This document shows, piece by piece, positions 28,875 through 37,458 of a stretch of 64,000 nucleotides of DNA. A program made the position numbers and the translations under genes. This DNA comes from Nannocystales bacterium. Lineage in GTDB: Bacteria > Myxococcota_A > Polyangia > Nannocystales > Nannocystaceae. The notes under the pieces were generated by a model that worked only from the letters and a program-made list of their open reading frames with translations, made no database searches and was not told where the DNA came from. Every line of letters starts with the position of its first letter. The stretch's first letter is position 1. The stretch is from assembly GCA_050633305.1 (NCBI GenBank), contig JBOEGF010000024.1:288001-352000 (forward strand), given 5' to 3'.

Positions 28875-29783
28875 ATGCTCGGACTACGGATCGGCATGGG
28901 TGTGGCGGCGGCGGCCGTGCTGGGAGCCGGGGTCTTCCTTTCGAGCAAGCTCGAGCGCGACTCTCGAACGCGGGTCGCCGACTACGCCGCCGCGGCTCCG
29001 GCCGAGGCGACAACCGAGCGCGGAGGCGGGGAGCGGGCCGGGGAGAAAGGCGTGCCCGCCGATGATCGCGCATTCGACGAACAGGCCTTCGACAGGGGGG
29101 TACTGGCCGATGCGGCGGCATTTGGCGTCCCGGTGGAAGGGATTGTCGAGGCGATCCATGGTCCTCAGCTCTACTCGGTCGAGCTCGAGCAAGCGACGGT
29201 GCTCGCCCCCAACCGCAGCTGGTCCTCTCCGCATCTGAAGATCACGGCGGTGCTGGACAAGGTCGCCTACCAGAAGCTGGGGGCGACCGTTTCCGCGCGG
29301 CACTCCATCGCGCTGGTCGAGAACATCTCGGAGATCCCGGTTGCGTACAGAATCCGGGTCACGTCTGAAGCCCGGGGCCGGTGCGAGGTCCACGGGGCCC
29401 GCCAGCACAACGCGATGGCGCTCATGCCCGGAGAGAAGGCGGAGATTGTCGTGTGCGCCGGGGGCGGGAAGATCCGCGTCCAGCGGGTCGAGATTCTGGA
29501 GATCTCAACGCTCGGCCATCGCTACCTCAGCCGGGTCCCGCCGAGGGCCGCCGGGGTCGACAGCCTCTCCTCCCACGCACATGCGCCCGTCGCGGGCACC
29601 CAAGCCTGCGAAACCGTGGACATCGGCGGCCTGAGTCTGTCCCTTCGCGAGGGGACCGTCGGTTGGGCTGACATCACCGACTTCTACAGTCGACACAGCT
29701 GCGACCGGTTTCGCTATTTCCCCGAATACCGGCACCAGGGGGGTGCTCCCGCAAGACTCCCCGCCAAACCCGCCGCTGGATGA
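28875..29783 (+). CDS. Hypothetical membrane-anchored protein
   Basis: N-terminal hydrophobic helix, GC3-rich codons, several Cys. No recognised motif. Confidence 0.65.
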   Translation: MLGLRIGMGVAAAAVLGAGVFLSSKLERDSRTRVADYAAAAPAEATTERGGGERAGEKGVPADDRAFDEQAFDRGVLADAAAFGVPVEGIVEAIHGPQLYSVELEQATVLAPNRSWSSPHLKITAVLDKVAYQKLGATVSARHSIALVENISEIPVAYRIRVTSEARGRCEVHGARQHNAMALMPGEKAEIVVCAGGGKIRVQRVEILEISTLGHRYLSRVPPRAAGVDSLSSHAHAPVAGTQACETVDIGGLSLSLREGTVGWADITDFYSRHSCDRFRYFPEYRHQGGAPARLPAKPAAG

Positions 29784-29955
29784 CGGCCGCGTGCGGTGCG
29801 CATTCGGGCTGCACGGATGCGCGTGATGGCCGACAAACACGTTCGAACGCTTACAGACGTCGTCTGATGAGGATTTCCCTTGAGATCTCAGTGGCTTTCC
29901 CACTACGATCGCACCCGGTCGCGATGACGGCCACCATTGGGCGCGAAACGCGAAG

Positions 29956-30363
29956 TTGGCGACAGTGACGAAATCCGAGCTCATCGAAGTCTTGGCGCAA
30001 GAGACCGGCCTCACCAAGGGCCGCGCAGAGCTGGTGGTGAACACGGTGTTCGACTCGATGGTCGAAGCACTGCAGCGAAGCGAGGGGATCGAGATCCGCG
30101 GGTTCGGGAGCTTCACCGTGCGCCAGTACAAGGCCTACGAAGGACGCAATCCGAGGACCGGAGATACGGTCCACGTCGCCCCCAAGCGGCTGCCTTTCTT
30201 CAAGGTCGGCAAGGACTTGCGCGAACGTGTCAACGGAACTCGCTCGGGCGGGGGCGCACCCATCGCGCGCCGTCGGGCCGAGGCGAAGGCGCAGGCGGCT
30301 GCCGCTGCCGCGACCAAACAGGCGGCGCGTCAGGACCCGAGCGTCGCTGAAGACGCGATCTGA
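29956..30363 (+). CDS. ihfB: Integration host factor subunit beta (HU/IHF family) with Ala/Arg-rich tail
   Basis: Motifs TKSELI, IEIRGFGSF, GRNPRTG, PFFKVGKDLRERVN. Start is TTG 29956 or GTG 29965. Confidence 0.88.
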   Translation: MATVTKSELIEVLAQETGLTKGRAELVVNTVFDSMVEALQRSEGIEIRGFGSFTVRQYKAYEGRNPRTGDTVHVAPKRLPFFKVGKDLRERVNGTRSGGGAPIARRRAEAKAQAAAAAATKQAARQDPSVAEDAI

Positions 30364-32195
30364 AGTCGTCCGGTCGACGTGTCGATTCGGGCGAGTGTCC
30401 CGTCGGGGATCTGGGTGCATCCGGCACAGCCGATGAGCCCGCTGAGCCCGAGCTCCCGAAGCATCAGGGCCGCGTGGCTGAGCGCGCCGCCGTGTTCGCA
30501 GCAGACGGCCCGAAGCTGAAGCGTCTCCAAGGCGAGTGCGGCTTGGGCCGTGAGTGCCGGGAGGACGACGATGCTCTCGGGCCGGGGCGGGTCGCGGAGC
30601 AAGGCCTCCAGCCCGCCTCGCTGGGCGATCGGTCCTTCGAAATCGCCTCCAATGCCGACGCCGTGAAGCAGCCGGTGCGGCAACAACGGCAGCGGTCGGC
30701 CCTCGTCGAGCACGGCGGGCGGCCGGAGCTTGGACCAGCGCTGCGTTTGCTCGAGGTGTTGACGGCCCGTCGCAGCGGCGGGGAATGCCGAGTCCTGCAG
30801 GGCGCGGCGCAGCTCGGAGAGCGTCAATCCGAACGCGAGACCGCCGAGTTCGAGGTGTCGGTCACACGCCCGGTACACGGCTCTCACTGGGGCGAGTCCG
30901 AGGGCGAAGAGATGGTCGTCCCATTCCGTCAGCAAGACCGCAGCGGCGACGGGGTCCACGGGGAGTTCACCCGGCTCGGCGGAGGGTTCGAACGAACCGA
31001 GTTCGCCAAGGGTTGGTGCCGCGAGGTCCCACGCGGTGGGCAGGACGTCCGCATGGGCCGCGCGGCCACGGAGACTCAGCGGTGCCTCTGGAGTGGCGGC
31101 GAACACTTTGCCCGCTGCAGCTCGAACGGGGAGCAGAACGCCGAGGTAGACATCGATCATCGACAGGAATGCGGCGAGAGACGCATCGAGGGTCGGGACC
31201 AGTTGGCCATGGTCGTCGCAGGCGCGCTCAACCTCGGCAAGGCGGGCCCGAGCGGCGGGCAACTCATCGTCGCGAAGCCGCAAGAGCGCCTCGGCCGGGG
31301 TGAGCGCGGGGGTTTTGCTTGTGCCGCGGAGGTCTCGGACCCGGGTTCGCGCATACAGCCAACCCGCGAGGGTCGTGAGGCCGCCGGAGGCGGGACGTTG
31401 CTCGGCGAGCCAGCCGATCAGGGAGGCGTGCGCCGGGGAGAGGGGGGCGGGGTTGTGCTCGGCATCGAGGACTTGAACGCCGCCCAGCCGCGACTGCTGC
31501 CCAGCCTCGTGGACCGCGTGCACGAAGGCACGACCGTCGGCGACGAGGTCTTGGGTCAGCGGACGGACCTGCACCAAGTACGCGACGCCGCCGGGGTCGA
31601 CGATCAGCTCCGCATCGAGCCCGTGCTCGGGCATTGGTAGGGCGGCGCGGAGCTGGCCGAGCAGACTTGCCACGGCGGTTGCGCGAGGATCGTCCCAGCG
31701 GCTGAGCAGGCCTGAGGCGAGTGGGCTGTCGCCTCGCGCCAACGCTTCAGCGCTCTGCCCGTGGACCTCGACGTAGTCGACGCCGTCGGGGAGCAGTGCC
31801 GCGACGACAAGCGCATCTCGAACCACCTGCCGCTGCACGATCACGCAATCGTGCTCGCAGGTTTGTGCGCCGCGGTAGCGAACCAACCAGGGGTCGCGCC
31901 GAGCGGCATCGACCCGGGCCAGGGCGTCGCGGACGGCTCCGAGACTGTCACACCCCGGAATGGAGAGTCCGAGTCCTGCGGCGGCGCGCTGGGGTCCATC
32001 CTCGCCTTCGAGGGCGGCGCGGACGATGACCTCCCCGTCCTCCACGAGCGCGGCGACCTCGCGGCCCAGCGCCTCCCTCCATTGCATGGCGTGGACGAGC
32101 CCGCGGGGGACGGGAAGCCCGGCGGCAGCGGCCTCGGCCAGGAGGCGTGCCTTGGGCGGAAGCTCGGTTGGCAGCGGTCGGTGAAGCCAGTGCAC
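30330..32195 (-). CDS. PEP-utilising enzyme (PEP/pyruvate-binding + phospho-His swivel domain), substrate unknown
   Basis: Motifs GLPVPRG, VRAALEGEDG, LVQVRPLT and C-terminal EHGGALSHAALMLRELG...IDTSTG. Confidence 0.75.
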   Translation of the reverse strand: MHWLHRPLPTELPPKARLLAEAAAAGLPVPRGLVHAMQWREALGREVAALVEDGEVIVRAALEGEDGPQRAAAGLGLSIPGCDSLGAVRDALARVDAARRDPWLVRYRGAQTCEHDCVIVQRQVVRDALVVAALLPDGVDYVEVHGQSAEALARGDSPLASGLLSRWDDPRATAVASLLGQLRAALPMPEHGLDAELIVDPGGVAYLVQVRPLTQDLVADGRAFVHAVHEAGQQSRLGGVQVLDAEHNPAPLSPAHASLIGWLAEQRPASGGLTTLAGWLYARTRVRDLRGTSKTPALTPAEALLRLRDDELPAARARLAEVERACDDHGQLVPTLDASLAAFLSMIDVYLGVLLPVRAAAGKVFAATPEAPLSLRGRAAHADVLPTAWDLAAPTLGELGSFEPSAEPGELPVDPVAAAVLLTEWDDHLFALGLAPVRAVYRACDRHLELGGLAFGLTLSELRRALQDSAFPAAATGRQHLEQTQRWSKLRPPAVLDEGRPLPLLPHRLLHGVGIGGDFEGPIAQRGGLEALLRDPPRPESIVVLPALTAQAALALETLQLRAVCCEHGGALSHAALMLRELGLSGLIGCAGCTQIPDGTLARIDTSTGRLQIASSATLGS

Positions 32196-32196
32196 G

Positions 32197-32703
32197 ATGC
32201 CCAGAGTACGTCGTAGGCTCCTGCGAGTGCTGTTTCCCGATCACCTCCTGTGCCCGCCGCTGGGGCACGTTGCCGCCAAGCTCGCGGGGGAAGAGGAGAT
32301 CGCGGTCTGGACGTTGCCCGATTGGACTCCTCCACGGTTTGTGCGGCGGGTGGCCGCGCAATGGCCGACGCTGGCGCAATGCCCCAGCGCTGCGGTGGTC
32401 GTGTTGCTGACCGAGCTCCCCGGCGAGCACCCGAGCACGTTGACGGTCTCGATGGCGGGGCGGACGGTTGTGGAGATGGCCGTCATCTCGTCCGGTGTGT
32501 TGGGCCGACGATGGTTGTCCGCGGATCGTCGCTCGCGTGCGGTCCATGCCGCGGTCGAGCGATTCGCGGCGTGGCGAGAAGCGGGGCTTATCGACGCCGA
32601 GCAGTGGGTGAGCACGAAGCCGGCCGACACCGTGCTCACGGTGGGTCGTGTCCCCGTGACCCGGTCACGCGATGGCGACAGCCTCGGCCCAGGCCTTGCG
32701 TAG
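32197..32703 (+). CDS. Hypothetical protein
   Basis: Fills the gap between the PEP-utiliser and glpK with GC3-rich codons. Start uncertain (could be GTG 32227). Overlaps the glpK 3' end by ~39 nt. Confidence 0.45.
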   Translation: MPRVRRRLLRVLFPDHLLCPPLGHVAAKLAGEEEIAVWTLPDWTPPRFVRRVAAQWPTLAQCPSAAVVVLLTELPGEHPSTLTVSMAGRTVVEMAVISSGVLGRRWLSADRRSRAVHAAVERFAAWREAGLIDAEQWVSTKPADTVLTVGRVPVTRSRDGDSLGPGLA

Positions 32704-34149
32704 CGCGGCGAGGGCATCTGCCTCGCCCGATGGGGTGAACGCTCGGTCCTGGACCCAAGCGTCACGGAGGGCAGAGGTGTCCGACCACAGCCCCGAGCCC
32801 AGGCCCGCCAAGGAGATCGCACCCAAGGCGGTGGCTTCGAGCATCGTCGGTCGCTGCAGCGGGAGGCCGACAAGGTTGGCCTGAATCTGCATCAGCAGGT
32901 TGTTCGCGGCTGCGCCTCCGTCGACACGCAGGCCCGCGAGCGGGGCCCCCAGGTCGGCGGCCATGGCATCGAGTAACTCGGTGATCTGCAAAGCGATGCC
33001 TTCGAGTGCCGCTCTTGCGATGTGGGCGCGGCCGGTCCCGCGGGAGAGTCCCCGAATGAGACCTCGGGCCTCGGGTCGCCAGTGCGGTGCTCCGAGTCCT
33101 GCGTGGGCGGGCACGAGGATGACACCGCCCGCGTCGTCGACGCTTCGGGCGAGCGCCTCGACCTCGGCTGCGGAGGAGAAGAACCCGAGTTCGTCTCGCA
33201 GCCATTGCACGACGGCGCCGGCCATGAACGACGAGCCTTCCAGGCAATACGTCGTGGTGTCGCCGATCTGCCAGCCGACCGTGGTGAGCAGGCCGTGCAT
33301 GGACGGAACGATCTTCGCGCCCGTGTTCATCATGACAAAGGCCCCGGTTCCGTAGGTGCACTTCGCCTCGCCAGCGTCGAAGCAAGCCTGCCCAAACAGT
33401 GCAGCCTGCTGGTCACCCGCGATGCCGCAGATCGGGATTCCATCGGGAAGGCCGGGGACACCGTGGGTCGTGCCGAACGCGTGGGCGCTCGGGTGGACGG
33501 TCGGCAACATCGCCTTGGGGACCCCCAGGAGGTTGCAGAGTTCGTCGCTCCAGCCGCCGCCCTTCAACGGCCACAACATGGTCCGCGATGCATTGCTGGG
33601 CTCAGTCGCATGGGTGCGGCCCGCGGTGAGTCGCCACAATACGTAGGTGTCGATCGTCCCCGCCGCGAGTTCTCCGGCCTCGGCTCGGGTACGTGCGCCC
33701 TCGACGTGATCGAGGACCCAGGCCAGCTTCGTGCCCGAGAAGTACGGGTCGAGTACGAGTCCGGTCTCTGCACGGACGCGGTCCTCGTGTCCCGTAGCGC
33801 GAAGTTGGGCGCAGTGTTCGGCGGTGCGGCGGTCCTGCCAGACGATCGCGCGGTGGAGCGGCGCGCTCGTCTCCCGGTCCCAGATCAACGATGTCTCCCG
33901 TTGGTTGGTAATGCCGATGGCTTTGATGCTCGCCGGGTCGGCATCCGCCGCGCTCAAGGCCTGCTGCATCGCTGTGAGGACCGAACTCCACAGCTCGTCC
34001 GGGTCGTGTTCGACCCAACCCGGTTCGGGGAAGTGCTGCGGAAACTCGACGGTCGCGCGGCCGTGCACCCGCAGGTGGGGGTCGACGAGGAGGCAAGTGC
34101 TCCCGGTCGTACCTTGGTCGATGGCGAGGATCAGGTCGGTGTCGGTCAT
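32665..34149 (-). CDS. glpK: Glycerol kinase
   Basis: Motifs AIDQGTT, PGWVEHDP, ITNQRET, WQDRRT, DPYFSGTK, GDQQAALFGQ, KCTYGTG, RVDGG. Confidence 0.96.
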   Translation of the reverse strand: MTDTDLILAIDQGTTGSTCLLVDPHLRVHGRATVEFPQHFPEPGWVEHDPDELWSSVLTAMQQALSAADADPASIKAIGITNQRETSLIWDRETSAPLHRAIVWQDRRTAEHCAQLRATGHEDRVRAETGLVLDPYFSGTKLAWVLDHVEGARTRAEAGELAAGTIDTYVLWRLTAGRTHATEPSNASRTMLWPLKGGGWSDELCNLLGVPKAMLPTVHPSAHAFGTTHGVPGLPDGIPICGIAGDQQAALFGQACFDAGEAKCTYGTGAFVMMNTGAKIVPSMHGLLTTVGWQIGDTTTYCLEGSSFMAGAVVQWLRDELGFFSSAAEVEALARSVDDAGGVILVPAHAGLGAPHWRPEARGLIRGLSRGTGRAHIARAALEGIALQITELLDAMAADLGAPLAGLRVDGGAAANNLLMQIQANLVGLPLQRPTMLEATALGAISLAGLGSGLWSDTSALRDAWVQDRAFTPSGEADALAALRKAWAEAVAIA

Positions 34150-34961
34150 GGCGAGGTGTTGGGGGACGGGTGGAGCCGGAGCGAGTTGACGAACTTGACG
34201 ACCGCAGCACAGGCCCGATCCCGGTCGATGTCGAGTCCAACGCCGTGGAAGGATCGGGGAAGAATCTCTCGCTCGACCCGAGCCGAGCCGATGGCCTGTG
34301 AAACCTCTGCGCTGAGCTCGACGGGGGCCGTGTGGTCGTATCGGCCGTGTACAAGCAGCGTCGGGACGCGGACGTGGGGGAGCAAGTCGGCGACCTCGGC
34401 CTGCAGGGCGAGCATTTCGGCGAGCGCGGGGTAGGGGAAGCCCTCGAGGCTGGGAGAGCCGTCCACCTCCCGCATCACCCGGATGTCGGGTCCGCCGTCC
34501 TTGGGCAGGATCCCGACCGCGTGACGAAGCATCCGGCTGCCGCGGAGCTTGGCCATCGCGACGATGGCTCGCCGTTGCCACCAGGGAAAGCGGAGCGGCA
34601 CGGAGATCGCGACGATCCCCGCGATGTCTGCCGCGCGGAGGGCCGCGAGTCGCAGGGTCAGCAGGGAGCCCATCGAGAATCCCAGCACGACGACCTTGCG
34701 TTGCCCGCCATCACGAAGGCGCGCAAACGCTTCGGCGGCAGAGTCGTACCAGTCCCGCCATGTGCTTCGCTCCAGTGCTTCGAGGTCGGTGTGTCCCGCG
34801 AGCAGGGGAGCCCGGACCGCGTACCCGGCATCATGAAGTGCATCCGCGAGTGGGTGCACCTCGTGCGGCGTTCCGGTGAGACCGTGCAGGAGCAGGACAC
34901 CGACGTCAGCATCGCCTCGCGCGATCGGGCGCGGGTCCACGGCTCGGGCTGGGGCGGCCAC
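34146..34961 (-). CDS. Alpha/beta hydrolase (carboxylesterase/monoacylglycerol lipase-like)
   Basis: Motifs LLHGLTGTP, LAGH, GFSMG (GxSxG), HGRYD, SFH. ATGA overlap with glpK. GTG start approximate. Confidence 0.88.
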   Translation of the reverse strand: MAAPARAVDPRPIARGDADVGVLLLHGLTGTPHEVHPLADALHDAGYAVRAPLLAGHTDLEALERSTWRDWYDSAAEAFARLRDGGQRKVVVLGFSMGSLLTLRLAALRAADIAGIVAISVPLRFPWWQRRAIVAMAKLRGSRMLRHAVGILPKDGGPDIRVMREVDGSPSLEGFPYPALAEMLALQAEVADLLPHVRVPTLLVHGRYDHTAPVELSAEVSQAIGSARVEREILPRSFHGVGLDIDRDRACAAVVKFVNSLRLHPSPNTSP

Positions 34962-35019
34962 CTGCGGGCAGAGTATCAAGTCGGTTGAGGTCCGAGGACG
35001 CCTGCAGGACACTGCGGCG

Positions 35020-36432
35020 GTGACCGATGCACCCGCCGACTTTGATGCGTTCTCGCGGGTGCTCGTGGTGGATGACGAAGAGCCGGTTCGCCACATGCTG
35101 ACGCTCTTGCTGCGGCGGGAGGGGCTCGAGGTCGCGGAAGCAGACAGCGCGGAGTCGGCGATCGAGCACCTGGACGCGCAGCCGGTCGATGTCGTGCTGA
35201 CCGATGTCCGGATGCCGGGCCAGGGAGGGCTCGCGCTGGTGAAGTGGTGTGCGGAGCATCGTCCGGGTCTGACCGTGGTCGTGATGAGCGCATTCGGCAG
35301 CATCGACCTCGCGGTGGAAGCGATGCACGCAGGGGCCTACGACTACATGTCGAAGCCGTTCAAGCAGGACGAGGTCGTGCTGACGCTCCGAAAGGCACAG
35401 GAACGCGAGCGGTTGCGTCGGGAGAATGCGGCCCTACGAGCCCGGTTGGCGGCCCATGACGAGGCGACGGACCATCTGGGCGAGATGCTGATCGCCAGCG
35501 CAGCCATGCGAACGGTCGCGAAGACGGTGCGCAAGGTCGCGGCGTTCAAGACGACGGTCCTGGTGCTTGGGGAGTCCGGGGTGGGCAAGGAACTCATCTC
35601 GCGCGGGATCCATGAACACTCGCCGAGGGTCGACAAGGCGTTCGTCGCCGTGAACTGCGGCGCGATTCCGGAGCCTCTGCTGGAGTCCGAGTTGTTCGGC
35701 CACGTCAAAGGGGCGTTCACGGACGCGGGCGCCGACAAGCGGGGTTTGTTTGAAGAGGCGGAGGGCGGGACCCTGTTCCTCGACGAGATCGGCGAGCTGC
35801 CGCCACCGCTGCAGGTGAAGCTGCTGCGCGCGCTGCAGGAGGATGAGATTCGGCGCGTTGGTGACACCCGCAACCGGACGGTCGATGTGCGTGTCGTCGC
35901 CGCAACGTCGCGCGACCTCCACGCGATGGTGGAGGACGGCTCGTTTCGACAGGACCTGTTCTACCGGCTCAATGTCATGCCGATCGAGGTTCCGCCGCTG
36001 CGTGAGCGCAAGGACGACATCCCGCCCTTGGTCGCGCGTTTTGTCGGTTCGACCAACCGACGGTTGGGCACGAGTATCGAAGGGGTCGACGAGGATGCGA
36101 TCGCCGCTCTGCTGGCCTACGACTGGCCCGGAAACGTGCGCGAGCTGGAGAACACCATCGAACACGCCTCGGTGATGGCCGAAGGCGTCCGCATTGGACT
36201 TCTCGCGCTGCCGGAACGAACCCGAAGCCGCACCGAGGCGGTGGGGCAGACCTTCGCGATGAAGTTTCCCGTCGCTGACCTCTCCGTGAAGCGGGGCGGA
36301 CGGGCGCTGGAGCGGGAGTTCATCCTTCGCGCGCTCGAAGAGACTCAAGGCAACCGCACCCACGCGGCGAAGCTGCTCGATCTCAGCCACCGCGCGCTGC
36401 TCTATAAGATCAAGGATTTCGGCCTCGCTTGA
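35020..36432 (+). CDS. Sigma-54-dependent response regulator (NtrC/PilR family)
   Basis: REC domain (VVDDE, TDVRMPG, KPF), AAA domain GESGVGKE, GAFTDA, FLDEIGE, WPGNVRELEN, Fis-type HTH. Confidence 0.94.
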   Translation: MTDAPADFDAFSRVLVVDDEEPVRHMLTLLLRREGLEVAEADSAESAIEHLDAQPVDVVLTDVRMPGQGGLALVKWCAEHRPGLTVVVMSAFGSIDLAVEAMHAGAYDYMSKPFKQDEVVLTLRKAQERERLRRENAALRARLAAHDEATDHLGEMLIASAAMRTVAKTVRKVAAFKTTVLVLGESGVGKELISRGIHEHSPRVDKAFVAVNCGAIPEPLLESELFGHVKGAFTDAGADKRGLFEEAEGGTLFLDEIGELPPPLQVKLLRALQEDEIRRVGDTRNRTVDVRVVAATSRDLHAMVEDGSFRQDLFYRLNVMPIEVPPLRERKDDIPPLVARFVGSTNRRLGTSIEGVDEDAIAALLAYDWPGNVRELENTIEHASVMAEGVRIGLLALPERTRSRTEAVGQTFAMKFPVADLSVKRGGRALEREFILRALEETQGNRTHAAKLLDLSHRALLYKIKDFGLA

Positions 36433-36739
36433 CGCTGCGCACGCGCTCAGCGGTGTCGCTGTGCGCTGTGCAGATGTCGCGACGTCATGCGGCGTCCGCG
36501 GTGGGAATTGCCTCACTTTTTGGGCGGGCTCACCTCGGCGTGAAATGCTGAGTGGTGAACGTGGGCCCTGTGGACTCCGCAGGACGCCGCGAACGTTGTT
36601 TTCACCAATGAAGTCAGAGACTTGATGCCGAAACGGCGTCCTCCAGTGCGCGGGGACGGCGCATGGAGATCACTCAAATGACGTATCAATTCCCTATCAC
36701 TTCATTTCTTTTACATATCACTGAAGCGGAATCTTCGCG

Positions 36740-36768
36740 TTGACTGACCTTCATTCGGGGCCGAGAAT
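36740..36768 (+). promoter_or_regulatory. Putative sigma-70 promoter of the XRE regulator / pil operon
   Basis: TTGACT-17 nt-GAGAAT downstream of an AT-rich tract. Confidence 0.45.
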
Positions 36769-36785
36769 GTACGTGCATCAAACGC

Positions 36786-37247
36786 ATGGATCCCGAACCG
36801 AACGAGGAGACCAAGGTCTCCGAGCCCACCTCGCCGAGGCAGGGTGGGGCTTCCGACGACCCGACGACGCCGCGGGACGGCGAAGCTGTGGACCCAGCTC
36901 TCGCTGGCGACGATGCAGAAGGACGCGAGGAAGGGGACTCCTCGTCTCCCGGTGGCCCATCGACCGCTCCGGCACCCGACCCTACGCCTGGGCCGGCGGC
37001 TCGCAAGCGGAGCACGCGTTCGCGTCCCAAAGCGGGCACACACCCCAACAACGTTCGACGGTTGCGCCAGCGGGCCATGATGAGCAAGGCCGAGCTTGCC
37101 CGCCGCGCCGGAGTCAGCCCGCTGACGATCGACAGGGTCGAGTCGGGGTGTCCGTGTCGTATGGACACGAAGCGAAAAATCCTCGAGGCGCTGGGCATTC
37201 AGCCCGCGTCTGCGGTCGAAGTCTTCCCCGACGTCGACCTGGACTAA
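36786..37247 (+). CDS. XRE-family HTH transcriptional regulator with disordered N-terminus
   Basis: NNVRRLRQRAMMSKAELARRAGVSPLTIDRVESG...TKRKILEALG. Lies immediately upstream of pilM. Confidence 0.85.
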   Translation: MDPEPNEETKVSEPTSPRQGGASDDPTTPRDGEAVDPALAGDDAEGREEGDSSSPGGPSTAPAPDPTPGPAARKRSTRSRPKAGTHPNNVRRLRQRAMMSKAELARRAGVSPLTIDRVESGCPCRMDTKRKILEALGIQPASAVEVFPDVDLD

Positions 37248-37458
37248 CGGGCGCGGCTCGTCCGGTACGTCGCCCGTACGGCGACGGACAAGCGAACAAC
37301 CAGCCTCCCGGTCAATGCCGCGGTGGGTTGGCGACATTCCGCGCTTCCAGCGTGGCGCCGGTGCGCGTCACGCTTGGTGGCGCATACACCCACATGCGCA
37401 GGGGACTGCGCGAGGCGCTCCCGTGCGGGCGCGTACACTTGAACGGCGGAGGTTGCCG

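Noticed and set aside
36691..36701. tccctatcact resembling a tetO half-site
   Set aside because: No second half-site and no TetR or vector context. Treated as part of the TATCA repeat array.
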